64,000 nucleotides of DNA from contig CALUPL010000045.1 of the NCBI GenBank assembly GCA_944322635.1, forward strand, positions 1,102-65,101, given 5' to 3'. Shown here piece by piece: positions 47,774 through 57,578 of this stretch (position 1 is the stretch's first letter; every line of letters begins with the position of its first letter). The translations under genes were made by a program, and so were the position numbers. Source of the stretch: an uncultured Mailhella sp. (GTDB taxonomy: Bacteria; Desulfobacterota; Desulfovibrionia; Desulfovibrionales; Desulfovibrionaceae). The notes under the pieces are model-generated. The model did no database searches and was not told where the DNA came from. It saw only the letters and a program-made list of their open reading frames with translations.

Positions 47774-48625
47774 TCAGAGGGAAAAGGAAAGAGTTTCCAG
47801 CTCGGGAACGGAAAGGTCGAGATGAAAAAGCTTTCCGCCGTCGTTCCTGCCCATGCAGAGCTTCCTCATGAGAAGAGATACCATAAGAGCAGCCGTGCCC
47901 GCTACGGTGAGAACGTGAGTATTCATGGCTGCACCTTCCGTATTTCCCGAAACTTCTTCGGGATAGACCTTGGAGAAGGGCAGGGCGAAGGAGCTGTCGA
48001 AAAGCGTGAGTCCTTCGTTTCTGGCCACTGACCCCTGAACGCAGGGTACGCCCGCTTTTTTTGCCTGCTCCTCCAGCATTTTTTTTCTGGCCACGGAATC
48101 GAGGCAGTCCATGACGAAGTCCACGTTTTTGAGAAATCCGGGAAGAGTGTTTTCGTCGAGGGCCGTGACATGGGCTTCCACGTCCATATAGGAGGCAATG
48201 CTGAGCACGCCTTCGCGGCAGACTTCGGCCTTGGGTCGTCCTATAGCCTTTTCCGTGCAGAAAAGCTGCCTGTTGAGATTGCTCTCCTCGAAGCTGTCGG
48301 GATCGCAGAGAACGAGGCCTCCTGCGCCCATGCGGGCCAGAAGAGCCGCCGCATGACCGCCGAGACCTCCGCATCCGGCCACGAGGATTCTTGTGGAAAG
48401 AAGCCGCGCAAGAGCCCCGGCGGAAAAGACGCCACGGCATCGGCTGAAGCGCTCCGGCCACAGATTCCGGGAAAGAAGCTCCGTCATGACGACTCGTTCG
48501 CTCATGCCGGTTTCTTCGGACAGCAGGCGAATGCCTTCGCGGCCGACGCCCGTGCCGCCCCTTCCCTCATGAAGAAAGGGAGCGAGTTTTTCCAGCAGAA
48601 TATGTGTGTCCGGGAGTTTGTTCAT
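47774..48625 (-). CDS. ThiF/MoeB-family adenylyltransferase
   Basis: VAGCGGLGG, DPDSFEESNLNRQ, KAE, DCLDS; follows moaD. Confidence 0.88.
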   Translation of the reverse strand: MNKLPDTHILLEKLAPFLHEGRGGTGVGREGIRLLSEETGMSERVVMTELLSRNLWPERFSRCRGVFSAGALARLLSTRILVAGCGGLGGHAAALLARMGAGGLVLCDPDSFEESNLNRQLFCTEKAIGRPKAEVCREGVLSIASYMDVEAHVTALDENTLPGFLKNVDFVMDCLDSVARKKMLEEQAKKAGVPCVQGSVARNEGLTLFDSSFALPFSKVYPEEVSGNTEGAAMNTHVLTVAGTAALMVSLLMRKLCMGRNDGGKLFHLDLSVPELETLSFSL

Positions 48626-48874
48626 TTAGCCTCCTCCCACGGCGGGAAAGTAGGCCACGCGGTCGCCGTCGGCAACGACGCTTGCAAGTTCGCTCTGACG
48701 GCTGTTGATCATGACTATCTTGATTTCTTCCAGAGGAATACCGATGCGCGAGGCCAGTTCGCCCGCCGTGATGGACGATTCTCCATCCTTCAGGGATACG
48801 GAAAGACCTGTTTCCGGCTCGTAGCCGGGAACCATGTCGCGCAGGGTTGTGCTCAGTTTTATCAGTATGCTCAT
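48626..48874 (-). CDS. moaD: MoaD/ThiS sulfur carrier
   Basis: Ubiquitin-like 82 aa ending GDRVAYFPAVGGG. Confidence 0.88.
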   Translation of the reverse strand: MSILIKLSTTLRDMVPGYEPETGLSVSLKDGESSITAGELASRIGIPLEEIKIVMINSRQSELASVVADGDRVAYFPAVGGG

Positions 48875-48923
48875 GGTCGAAAGGTCCCGCACGGGGAGTG
48901 CCCCGTGCGGGACGGTCAGGGGT

Positions 48924-50666
48924 TTACTTCTTTATCCAGTTGAAGGTGGTCTGCAGTTCTTCAGGCGTGAAGTCGAAGGTGGTGTTGTGAGGCGCCACGG
49001 GCTCGTCGGTGAAGAAGTCGGGCAGATGGTCGGCGGCTTCGGTAATGCCGGCGCGACGGTTGAAGTCGATTTCGGTGGACAGAATGCGCTGGCCGAGAGT
49101 GACCACGTCATCGCCGGTGAGCTTCCAGCCGAACTTGGCGTTCAGCATGTCCACAATGGCCGCAAGAGCGTCCGGAATATCGAGGATGGCGAAGGCAGTG
49201 AACAGGCACAGACCCACGCTGTCCACGGAAGCCGTGGCGATCTGCAGATTGCGGGAAAGCTCGATCTGGCCGTCCTTCTTGAGCGGATCGACCTTGCCGC
49301 CGCAGGAAAGGATGTTGGCGGTAACGGCGTAGCCGGCGGTATGGTCGGCGCCCATGGGAGTGGTGGCGTAGGTGACGCCCACGCCCTTCACGGCGCGGGG
49401 ATCGTAGGCGGGCAGGCTCTGGCCCTTGACGCAGGGCACTCTTCTCACGCCGAACACGCGGCCGGTGGTGGCGGTGCCGCAGCCGATGATGCGGCCGAGC
49501 GGGGTGCCTTCGCTGATGCCCTTCATGGCTTCCATCACGGCCTTGCCGTCGCCGAGCGGAATGCCGCCGCCGGCCATGGCAACGCCCACGGCCACGCCGA
49601 CGTCGATGGTGTCAACGCCGATGTCGTCGCACATGTGGTCGAAGGTGCAGATGAGGTCGAGGTCGTCAATGTTGCTGTGGGGGCCGAAGCACCACAGGGT
49701 TTCGTATTCGGGCCACTTGCTCTTGAACTTGCCCTTTTCGTCGGGGAAGATGCCGCTGCAGCGGATGATGCAGCCGCTCATGCAGCCGTGGGCCACGGCG
49801 CCTTCGCCGCCGCGTTCCTTGGTGAGCTTGTTCATGCGCTCGCCGGAAACGGCTTCGTGATGCTCAAACTGACCGCAGGTGAAGTTGCGGGTGGGAAGGC
49901 CGCCAGCTTCGTGCAGAATGTTCACGAGAACGGCGGTGCCGTATTCGGCAAGGCCCTTGCCCGTAATGGGATGGCTGGTGAGAGCCTTGGCAAAGCGCTT
50001 GGAAGCGGCCTTGAAGCCTTCTTCATCCACGAGAGGATGATTCTTTCCGCCTTCGGGATTGATGATGATGGCCTTGAGGCCCTTGGAACCCATGACGGCG
50101 CCAACGCCGCCGCGTCCGGCATGGCGCTGAGGACGGAGTTCGCGGTCGGTAAAGGCAATGCTGGCGGCGGTGAGCTTGAATTCGCCGGCTCTGCCGATGG
50201 TCACATAGCTGCAATCCTTGCCATACTGTTCCACGAGCTTGGCCACGGCGTCGAAGTTGTTCAGACCGGCCACGGTGGAAGGAACGAGCTTGGCGGAGTC
50301 CTTGCTGATTTCAAGCTGCCACCATTCGCCTTCGGTGGCCATGTCTTCAACGATGATGGCCAGAATGCCGAGCTTGGCGAGATGGCCGCCGGGCTGTCCG
50401 CCGGAGTTGGATTCCTTGATGCCTTCGGTAAGGGGGCTCTTGCAACCCACGGAAATGCGGTTGGAGTTGGGGCTGTTGGTGGCGCCGAGAAGACCCGGGG
50501 CGAACACCAGCTTGTTGTGCGGTCCGAGCGGAGTGCAGATGGGATTGACCTCGCGGGCCACGATGGTGGAGGTCAGGGCACGACCGCCAAGACCGGCGTA
50601 TTCTTCGGGAATGTCCTCGAACACGCAGCTTTTGGTGGCCATGTTGACACGCAGGAAACGAAACAT
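48924..50666 (-). CDS. aor: Tungsten-containing aldehyde:ferredoxin oxidoreductase
   Basis: LGGR, KSPLT.GIKESNSGG, AGRGGVGAVMGSK, GCMSGCIIRC, PEYET, DDIGVDTI, YDPR, GADHT. Confidence 0.95.
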   Translation of the reverse strand: MFRFLRVNMATKSCVFEDIPEEYAGLGGRALTSTIVAREVNPICTPLGPHNKLVFAPGLLGATNSPNSNRISVGCKSPLTEGIKESNSGGQPGGHLAKLGILAIIVEDMATEGEWWQLEISKDSAKLVPSTVAGLNNFDAVAKLVEQYGKDCSYVTIGRAGEFKLTAASIAFTDRELRPQRHAGRGGVGAVMGSKGLKAIIINPEGGKNHPLVDEEGFKAASKRFAKALTSHPITGKGLAEYGTAVLVNILHEAGGLPTRNFTCGQFEHHEAVSGERMNKLTKERGGEGAVAHGCMSGCIIRCSGIFPDEKGKFKSKWPEYETLWCFGPHSNIDDLDLICTFDHMCDDIGVDTIDVGVAVGVAMAGGGIPLGDGKAVMEAMKGISEGTPLGRIIGCGTATTGRVFGVRRVPCVKGQSLPAYDPRAVKGVGVTYATTPMGADHTAGYAVTANILSCGGKVDPLKKDGQIELSRNLQIATASVDSVGLCLFTAFAILDIPDALAAIVDMLNAKFGWKLTGDDVVTLGQRILSTEIDFNRRAGITEAADHLPDFFTDEPVAPHNTTFDFTPEELQTTFNWIKK

Positions 50667-50869
50667 GCCGTGCTCCTTGGTTTTGATGGATTCACGATGG
50701 CTTAAAATGCCTCTTTATGCCGACCATAAGACTCTGAGTTTTTTTTCGTCAAGCAAGCGGAAAAACAATCACGCTTTTTTGTTGCCGGCATCATTTCGTG
50801 ACCATACGAGGTGGAGCGTACGGAGAAAAACGGCAGAGCGCGGTCTGTCGTTTCGCGAGCGGCAGAAAG

Positions 50870-51433
50870 TCAGTTCATCCAGGAGAAGAAAACCGGCGGC
50901 TTTCTGGTGCAGGGGGGCACGGCAACCTTCGTGTAGCCCATGCTCAGCGTTGCCACCAGATGAAAGCCGTCGGGAACGTTGTGCGCCTTCTTGAAGTTCG
51001 CGTCGTTGAAGAGCGCTTCGGCAAAGCCTATCCAGCAGCAGCCCAGGCCTTCGCTTTCCGCCGCAAGCATGACGTTGCCCGCCACGAGGGAGCAGTCGTA
51101 CACGTTCCAGTGAGAGGCTGAGTCGCCGTAGATGATGAGTACCGTGCCGGCATGGTAGAAAACATGGTATTTTTCATTCCTGAGCCAGGATTCGTATTGG
51201 GCCAGCTGGGGATAGTCCGCCAGATTGTTCAGCACTTTCTGTTTGATGCGTTCCGAGAGCGCGTCGATTTCTTTTTTGTCCTGAAGAACGACGAATCCCC
51301 ACGGCTCCATGCCGGACCCCGTAGGTGCCTTTACGGCAAGGCCGACAAGTTTTTCCAGCACGTCCTTTTCCACGGGGCGTTCGGTATAGGCGCGTATGCT
51401 GCGGCGCTGTTCAATGGCTTCAATGACGTTCAT
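50870..51433 (-). CDS. Nitroreductase-family flavoprotein
   Basis: RRSIRAY, APTGSGMEPW, MLAAESEGLGCCWIG. Confidence 0.9.
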   Translation of the reverse strand: MNVIEAIEQRRSIRAYTERPVEKDVLEKLVGLAVKAPTGSGMEPWGFVVLQDKKEIDALSERIKQKVLNNLADYPQLAQYESWLRNEKYHVFYHAGTVLIIYGDSASHWNVYDCSLVAGNVMLAAESEGLGCCWIGFAEALFNDANFKKAHNVPDGFHLVATLSMGYTKVAVPPCTRKPPVFFSWMN

Positions 51434-51620
51434 GGACAACCTCATAATAAATAAAACGAGTTTTTGGGGAAAAGCAGCGATATCTGACCGGCTGGCTCTT
51501 CCGGGAGCGGTGGGGCGCAAAAGTTCGGCCGAATAAAAAAGGAGCGGGTGTCCGAAGGACATCCGCTCCGTGGTGACGGTTTCGAATGCGCTCCTTCAGC
51601 ATGGGGCGCATGGGGAGAGA

Positions 51621-52115
51621 CTACTTATTAAGGGATGCCACGCCGGCCTTGGCCACGTTGGTGTCTTCCTGAACCGTGCCGCCGCTTACGCCGATGGCGC
51701 CGACGACAACGCCGTTCTTGTCCTTAAGAAGCTCGCCGCCGCCGAAGATGACAAGACCGTTGTTGGTGACTTCAATGCCGTACAGTTCACCGCCGGGCTG
51801 GGCGGCCGCGCCGAGTTCCGCGCTGGACATGTTGAACATACGGGCCGTTTTTGCCTTCTTCATGGAAACGTCAATACTGCCGAGGAAGGCTCCGTCCATG
51901 CGGCAGAAGGCCTTGAGGTTGCCGCCCGCATCAATGACGGTGATGTTCATGGGCACGCCCTGCTTCTTGGCAAACGCAAGGGCGCCGTCCACGACTTTCT
52001 GAGCCTGCTCAAGCGTGAGATCACCGGGAAGCTGGAGTTTGCTGGTATCGACAGCGGCCGAGGCAGGGGCGACCAGAGCTGCCAGAAGAGCGCAGGTAAG
52101 AAGAATGCGACGCAT
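51621..52115 (-). CDS. Exported GlcG/HbpS-family (heme-binding) protein
   Basis: Signal peptide (…PASA), VIDAGGNL, RMDGA, KKAKTA, FGGG, GAIGVSGG..QED. Confidence 0.85.
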   Translation of the reverse strand: MRRILLTCALLAALVAPASAAVDTSKLQLPGDLTLEQAQKVVDGALAFAKKQGVPMNITVIDAGGNLKAFCRMDGAFLGSIDVSMKKAKTARMFNMSSAELGAAAQPGGELYGIEVTNNGLVIFGGGELLKDKNGVVVGAIGVSGGTVQEDTNVAKAGVASLNK

Positions 52116-52720
52116 AGTGCTGCTCCGTGTTTTTGCAAAAGGCAGGCATGGCGGAAAAAGCCATGCGTGCACTTCCGGTTTTTTTTCTTATAACCCAGCC
52201 GGAAGAGCGTTTCAAGGGTTGGAGATCTCTTTCCCGCATTCCGCACGAAAAAGAGAAAGAGCAGGGCGGTCTCTGGTTTCGACGGCAGACAGGCTTCCTA
52301 AAAAATAGGAACAATTCCTATTTAAATAGAAGGCGACAGCTCTTTCAACCTTATAGGGAAAAGGAAAGGACAAGGCCGAGGAGAAAGTTTTATTTTATAT
52401 TATATCATAATTGGTTATTAATATTGTGAGGCATGAGTTCGAGAAGAAAGTTACGAACTGGTTCAAAAGGCGCAAACTTGATTTGAAAAGGATAATTTTG
52501 AAATAGAATTTTGAAATGGAATGGAAAAAGTTTTGCGCTTGTCTTTTTAGTAACACGGTAATATGCCATGATGATTGATTATTTTCTTTATTGAATTTTG
52601 AAATGAAAAAGTTATTTTTTTATTTTTTCAGAACCTTTGACTTTTTCACAGCAGTACCGTAGGACAAATACAGTACAAGTCTCTTATCCTCTTGCTAACT
52701 ACTGCTACCAAGGAGTTACT

Positions 52721-53920
52721 ATGAGCACTGATGTCAAATGCATGTACCAGGGTCAGATCACTTCTTTCTTTATTCCTACTGTTACTCTCGTTGGTCCCAA
52801 CTGCAGTAAGGAAATTCCCTACCGCCTGAAGAGCCTGGGTGCCAAGCATCCTCTTATAGTAACTGATAAGGGTATCGTTGCTTGCGGCATCCTGAAGCAG
52901 ATTACCGACATTCTCGATGCAGGCGGCGTGTCCTATGTTGTATTCGACGGCGCTGTTCCGAACCCCACCGACAAGAACGTGCATGACGCTGCTGAAGTTT
53001 ACAAGGCCAACAACTGCGACAGCCTCATCACCCTCGGCGGCGGTAGCTCTCACGACTGCGGCAAGGGCGTCGGCTTCCTCGTCAGCAACGGCGGCAAGAT
53101 TCAGGACTACGAAGGCGTTGACAAGTCTTCCAAGCCCTTCCCTCCCTACGTTGCTGTGAACACCACCGCCGGTACCGCTTCGGAAATGACCCGTTTCTGC
53201 ATCATCACCGACGTTGCCCGCAAGGTTAAGATGGCCATTGTTGACTGGCGCTGCACTCCCAGCGTCGCCATCGACGACCCCGTTCTCATGATGGGCATGC
53301 CGCCTTCCCTCACCGCCGCCACCGGCATGGACGCTCTGACCCACGCCGTGGAAGCCTATGTTTCCACCGCCGCCACTCCCATGACCGATGCCTGTGCTGA
53401 AAAGGCCATTGAATTCATCAACCGCTATCTGCGTCGCGCCGTGGCCAACGGCAAGGACAAAGAAGCCCGTGAAGGCATGTGCTACGCCGAATACCTCGCC
53501 GGCATGGCCTTCAACAACGCCAGCCTCGGCCACGTGCATGCCATGGCTCATCAGCTGGGCGGCTTCTACAACCTGCCCCACGGCGAATGCAACGCTATTC
53601 TGCTGCCCTACGTCTGCGAATACAACCTCATCGCTGCCCGCCGCCGCTTCGGCCGCATTGCCACTCTGCTTGGCGAACGCACCGAAGGCTACACCGCCAA
53701 CCAGTCCGCTGAAGCCGCTGTAAAGGCCATCCGCGAACTGTCCCGCGACGTTGACATCCCCGAAGGCCTCATCGCCCTCGGCAAGAAGTACGGCAAGGAA
53801 GTGCGTGAAGAAGACATCCCGATCATGACCGCCAACGCTCAGAAGGACGCCTGCGGCCTGACCAACCCTCGTACGATGACCGACGCTGCCGTGGCGGCCA
53901 TCTACAAGAAGGCTCTGTAA
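52721..53920 (+). CDS. adh: Iron-containing (group III) alcohol dehydrogenase, with codon usage suggesting high expression
   Basis: PNPT, GGGSSHDCGK, NTTAGTASE, DALTHAVE, HAMAHQLGG, HGECNA. Confidence 0.95.
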   Translation: MSTDVKCMYQGQITSFFIPTVTLVGPNCSKEIPYRLKSLGAKHPLIVTDKGIVACGILKQITDILDAGGVSYVVFDGAVPNPTDKNVHDAAEVYKANNCDSLITLGGGSSHDCGKGVGFLVSNGGKIQDYEGVDKSSKPFPPYVAVNTTAGTASEMTRFCIITDVARKVKMAIVDWRCTPSVAIDDPVLMMGMPPSLTAATGMDALTHAVEAYVSTAATPMTDACAEKAIEFINRYLRRAVANGKDKEAREGMCYAEYLAGMAFNNASLGHVHAMAHQLGGFYNLPHGECNAILLPYVCEYNLIAARRRFGRIATLLGERTEGYTANQSAEAAVKAIRELSRDVDIPEGLIALGKKYGKEVREEDIPIMTANAQKDACGLTNPRTMTDAAVAAIYKKAL

Positions 53921-53983
53921 GAGCGGCGTAAAATGATGCCGGAGTGATTCTCCGGCGTCAGCCTGGTACATCCACCTCCCCGT

Positions 53984-54016
53984 GACGGGCGCGCATGGTC
54001 GGCATGCGCGCCCGTC
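53984..54016 (+). terminator. Hairpin after adh
   Basis: GACGGGCGCGCATG-GTCGG-CATGCGCGCCCGTC. Confidence 0.65.
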
Positions 54017-54475
54017 TATTTAATAAGACTAGGTGGCACAAAAGTCCGTTTGTTTCAGATACGCCGTACGGAAGCGGGGCTTGCACGACGGGCAGTTAGC
54101 GTGACGGCGAAAGCATGTTCCGACTTTTCATGCCCGCCCTTGCAAACGCCTGAAGGCAGTTTGCGGGAACGTTGTCCTGCCGGGGGGCTGATTTCCGTTG
54201 CAGCAGCAGGAAGAGCCTGCGGGCAGAACTCTCAAACGGAAGCGGATGCGAGTTGAACCTGCTGCTTGCAGCAAAAGCAGGGAACCGTGGTGAAGACGGA
54301 CGCTTTTTTTTGCGGAATCTGCAACGGGATGGGGCATTCGTCCATTCCGAATTCTGGAGCAGAACCGGGATGTTCAAGCGTTTCCGGCCGCTTTGCCGGA
54401 GCCTTCCGCTGCATGAGCAGAAAACGCAGGGGAAAGTTCCTTTCCGTCCTCATGTCTTCCTGCCTTGAATGGGCA

Positions 54476-54516
54476 TGAAAAAAGGGCCGTTCTTTTCAGA
54501 ATCGGCCCTTTTTTCA
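54476..54516 (-). terminator. Terminator after the aminopeptidase gene
   Basis: TGAAAAAAGGGCCG..CGGCCCTTTTTTCA. Confidence 0.7.
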
Positions 54517-54535
54517 ACAATCGGGGAGTGTGCCG

Positions 54536-55921
54536 CTATTTGGCTTCCAGAAAGGCCTGATAGGCCATTTTGCTGGAATAGATGTCGGGTACGGAAGAGA
54601 GTTCAAAGGGGCTGTGCATGCCGAGAAGGGCAGGGCCGGCATCCACCACGTCCATACCGTAGGCGGCAAGGAAAAGGGCCACGGTGCCGCCTCCGCCTAC
54701 ATCCACCTTGCCGAGTTCCGCAAGCTGCCAGGGAATGCTTTTGGCGTCGAGCACGCCGCGCATCCAGCCTATGTATTCAGGATGGGCGTCGTTGGCGCCG
54801 TACTTTCCGCGGGAACCGGTGAACTTGCAGAAGGCTACGCCGTAGCCGAAGAAGGCCGAGTTCTTGAGTTCATGACGGTCCTGCCAGTCGGGGTCAACGG
54901 CAGCGTGCACGTCGCCGGACATGGCTTTGGTGTTCATCATGATCTTGCGGAAGGGCGTTTCCGGTTCCCATGACGCCGCCATGTCTTCCACGCAGTACTG
55001 GAAGAAGCGGGAGCTTGCGCCGGTGGAGCCGTCGGAGCCTATTTCTTCCTTGTCCCAGAAGATGAGGCAGCTCGTGTATTCCGGATCTTCGGCGTCGAGC
55101 AGGGCGCGCAGGGCGGTATAAACGCATATGCGGTCGTCCTGGCCGTAGCCGCCCACAATGCCCTTGTCGAGCCCCACATAGCGGGCGGGACCGGCGGGCA
55201 CGACTTCAAGTTCCGCAGAAATGAGGTCGTCTTCGCGTATGCCGTATTTTTCGTTGAGGAGCTGAAGAATGCGGGTCTTCACGGCGTCCTTCGGGGCCTT
55301 GTCGTCCTCCTTGTCGCCGTCGGCAAGAACGGGTTCGTGGCCGAGAATGACGTTGAGCTTTTCCGCGTCGAAGGCTTCGGAAAGCTTGAGTCCGCCGTCT
55401 TTGTGCGCCAGATGCGGCAGAAGGTCGGCAATGGTGAACACGGGTTCTTTTTCGTCTTCACCGAGGCAGACGCGAATGACTTCGCCGTTCGACTTGACGA
55501 TGACGCCGTGAATGGCCAGAGGACGGGCAAACCACTGATACTTGCGCAGACCGCCATAGTAGTGGGTTTTTGCCTGTCCCACGCCCACCTGTTCGATGAG
55601 CGGATGCTGCTTGAGGTCGAGCCTCGGGCTGTCGGTATGGGCGCTTATGAGACGGATACCCTCACGAAGCGGTCTGCGTCCCCTGCGGGCCACGAAAACG
55701 GCCTTGCCGTGCAGGTCCTGCCAGCCCTTGTTTGTGCCGAAGCCTTCGGAGTATCCGGCCTTTTTGAGCATGGCAATAACGCCTTCCACGGTTTCGCGTT
55801 CAGTTTTGCATTCGGAAATGAAGCGAATGTAGTCGTCGGCAAGGGTGTTCATGGCCCGGCGATCTTCGGCCGAGCGGTAGATTTCCCAGCCGGATTTGTA
55901 AGAAGAGGCAAGTTCTTCCAT
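54536..55921 (-). CDS. M18-family aminopeptidase
   Basis: KTERE, AHTDSPRLD, HYYGG, GQDDR, DKEEIGS, GMHSP. Confidence 0.92.
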   Translation of the reverse strand: MEELASSYKSGWEIYRSAEDRRAMNTLADDYIRFISECKTERETVEGVIAMLKKAGYSEGFGTNKGWQDLHGKAVFVARRGRRPLREGIRLISAHTDSPRLDLKQHPLIEQVGVGQAKTHYYGGLRKYQWFARPLAIHGVIVKSNGEVIRVCLGEDEKEPVFTIADLLPHLAHKDGGLKLSEAFDAEKLNVILGHEPVLADGDKEDDKAPKDAVKTRILQLLNEKYGIREDDLISAELEVVPAGPARYVGLDKGIVGGYGQDDRICVYTALRALLDAEDPEYTSCLIFWDKEEIGSDGSTGASSRFFQYCVEDMAASWEPETPFRKIMMNTKAMSGDVHAAVDPDWQDRHELKNSAFFGYGVAFCKFTGSRGKYGANDAHPEYIGWMRGVLDAKSIPWQLAELGKVDVGGGGTVALFLAAYGMDVVDAGPALLGMHSPFELSSVPDIYSSKMAYQAFLEAK

Positions 55922-56100
55922 GATGACCTCGAAATCGTTAGGTTGTCTTTGGATGGATTTCTTCCGAAATCGTACAGGTGCGTAAGACGGAGCGGTTTCT
56001 TGTCGGAAGGCCACCGCATTCCGGACGGACCCGTTGCCCGTATGATGAGGCGGCATCCTTTTTCAATAATAAGTACGGTGCAGCGATCGTGAAGGGGGCG

Positions 56101-57501
56101 TCAGGCTTTTGCTTTGTTCAGGGCTTCTTTCAGCACTCTGGCCACATCGGGAAATTCTTCATCGTCCATGGTTCGCGGATCCAGCTCGAATCCGAACTCG
56201 CCCAGTCTCCCCACAAGAGGCGGTTCGGTGGAAAGCAGGCGCATTTTGAGCTGCACTGCGGAACATCCGGCCGGGTGCACGCATACCAGCGTCGTGGGCA
56301 TGCCCTGTTCCGGAAAGGAGCCTCCGCCCACGCGGGAAAAGTCATCCTTCAGTGAACAGGTCGCAAGGCCTTCAAGCTCCCCGGCAAGAAGATTCTGCAA
56401 CGACTCGGCTCTGGCTTTCAGCGTTCCGGCGTCCATGCTCATGCGGCGTACGGTGGGAATGGCCCTGCGCGCCGTTTCCGGGTCGCGGTAAAGACGAAGC
56501 GTGGCTTCCAGGGCCGAGAGCGTGAGCTTGTCGCAGCGCAGGGCGCGCAGAAGCTGATTTTTCTTCATTTTGTCGAGATAGACTTTTTTGCCCACGATGA
56601 TGCCCGCCTGCGGACCGCCGAGAACCTTGTCGCCGGAAAAGGTGACCACGTCGGTTCCCTGCCGCAGAACTTCGGATACGGTGGGCTCGTCGTGCAGGCC
56701 CCAGCGGGAAAAGTCCATGAGACTGCCGCTGCCGAGATCTTCCAGCATGGGAAGATCGTGCGCGTGGGCGAAATTTGCCAGTTCGTCGGCAGGCACGCTC
56801 GAATGGAAGCCTATGATGCGGTAGTTCGAGGGATGAACCCAGAGCACGGCGCGGGTGTTTTCCGAAAGGGCGCGTTCATAGTCGGCAAGATGGGTGCGGT
56901 TGGTTGTTCCGACTTCCCTGAGCGTGGCGCCGCTTCGCTCCATGACGTCGGGAATGCGGAAACTGCCGCCTATTTCCACAAGCTGTCCCCGTGAGAGAAT
57001 GACTTCTCCCCCTTTGCACAGCGTGTCGAGCATGAGAAGAACGGCCGCGGCGTTGTTGTTCACCACCAGCGCGGCTTCTGCTCCCGTCAGGGAACAGAGA
57101 AGTTCTTCGACGAGACTTGTCCGGCTGCCCCTTTCGCCGGTTTCAAGATCAAATTCCAGATTGCTGTACCCGGAAGCGGCAATGCGTACGGCCTCCTGCG
57201 CCTCTCTGGCCAGTACGGAGCGGCCGAGGTTGGTGTGAACCACCACGCCAGCGCCGTTGATGACCCGGCAGAACCGGGGTCGGTCTTTTTTTTCCACAAC
57301 GCCGTGAAGGCGCGGTCGGACGGCCTCGGGGCTCAATGCGGATTCGTCCGTTACGCGTCCGGAACGTATGTCTTCACGCAGTTCGTCGAGAACGGCACGG
57401 CAGCTTTCCAGCAGCACGCTGTGCGGCGTGGAAGGAAAGTCTGCCTTCAGCCATCGGAGGCAGGCGTCAACCGAAGGAAGCGAGCGGAAAAGTGACGACA
57501 T
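56101..57501 (-). CDS. selA: L-seryl-tRNA(Sec) selenium transferase
   Basis: VHTNLGR, YSNLE, VNNNAAA, SRGQLVEIGGSFRIPD, FSGDKVLGGPQAG. Confidence 0.96.
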   Translation of the reverse strand: MSSLFRSLPSVDACLRWLKADFPSTPHSVLLESCRAVLDELREDIRSGRVTDESALSPEAVRPRLHGVVEKKDRPRFCRVINGAGVVVHTNLGRSVLAREAQEAVRIAASGYSNLEFDLETGERGSRTSLVEELLCSLTGAEAALVVNNNAAAVLLMLDTLCKGGEVILSRGQLVEIGGSFRIPDVMERSGATLREVGTTNRTHLADYERALSENTRAVLWVHPSNYRIIGFHSSVPADELANFAHAHDLPMLEDLGSGSLMDFSRWGLHDEPTVSEVLRQGTDVVTFSGDKVLGGPQAGIIVGKKVYLDKMKKNQLLRALRCDKLTLSALEATLRLYRDPETARRAIPTVRRMSMDAGTLKARAESLQNLLAGELEGLATCSLKDDFSRVGGGSFPEQGMPTTLVCVHPAGCSAVQLKMRLLSTEPPLVGRLGEFGFELDPRTMDDEEFPDVARVLKEALNKAKA

Positions 57502-57578
57502 GGAGTATCCTTCCTGTTGATGAAAAAAAGTCCTGCCGGAAAGAGTTCCGGCAGGGGACTTTCGTGATGAAACTTCGT

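Noticed and set aside
54035-54052. TGGCAC as a sigma54 promoter (also near 16561 and 18309)
   Set aside because: No TTGC at the required -12 spacing.
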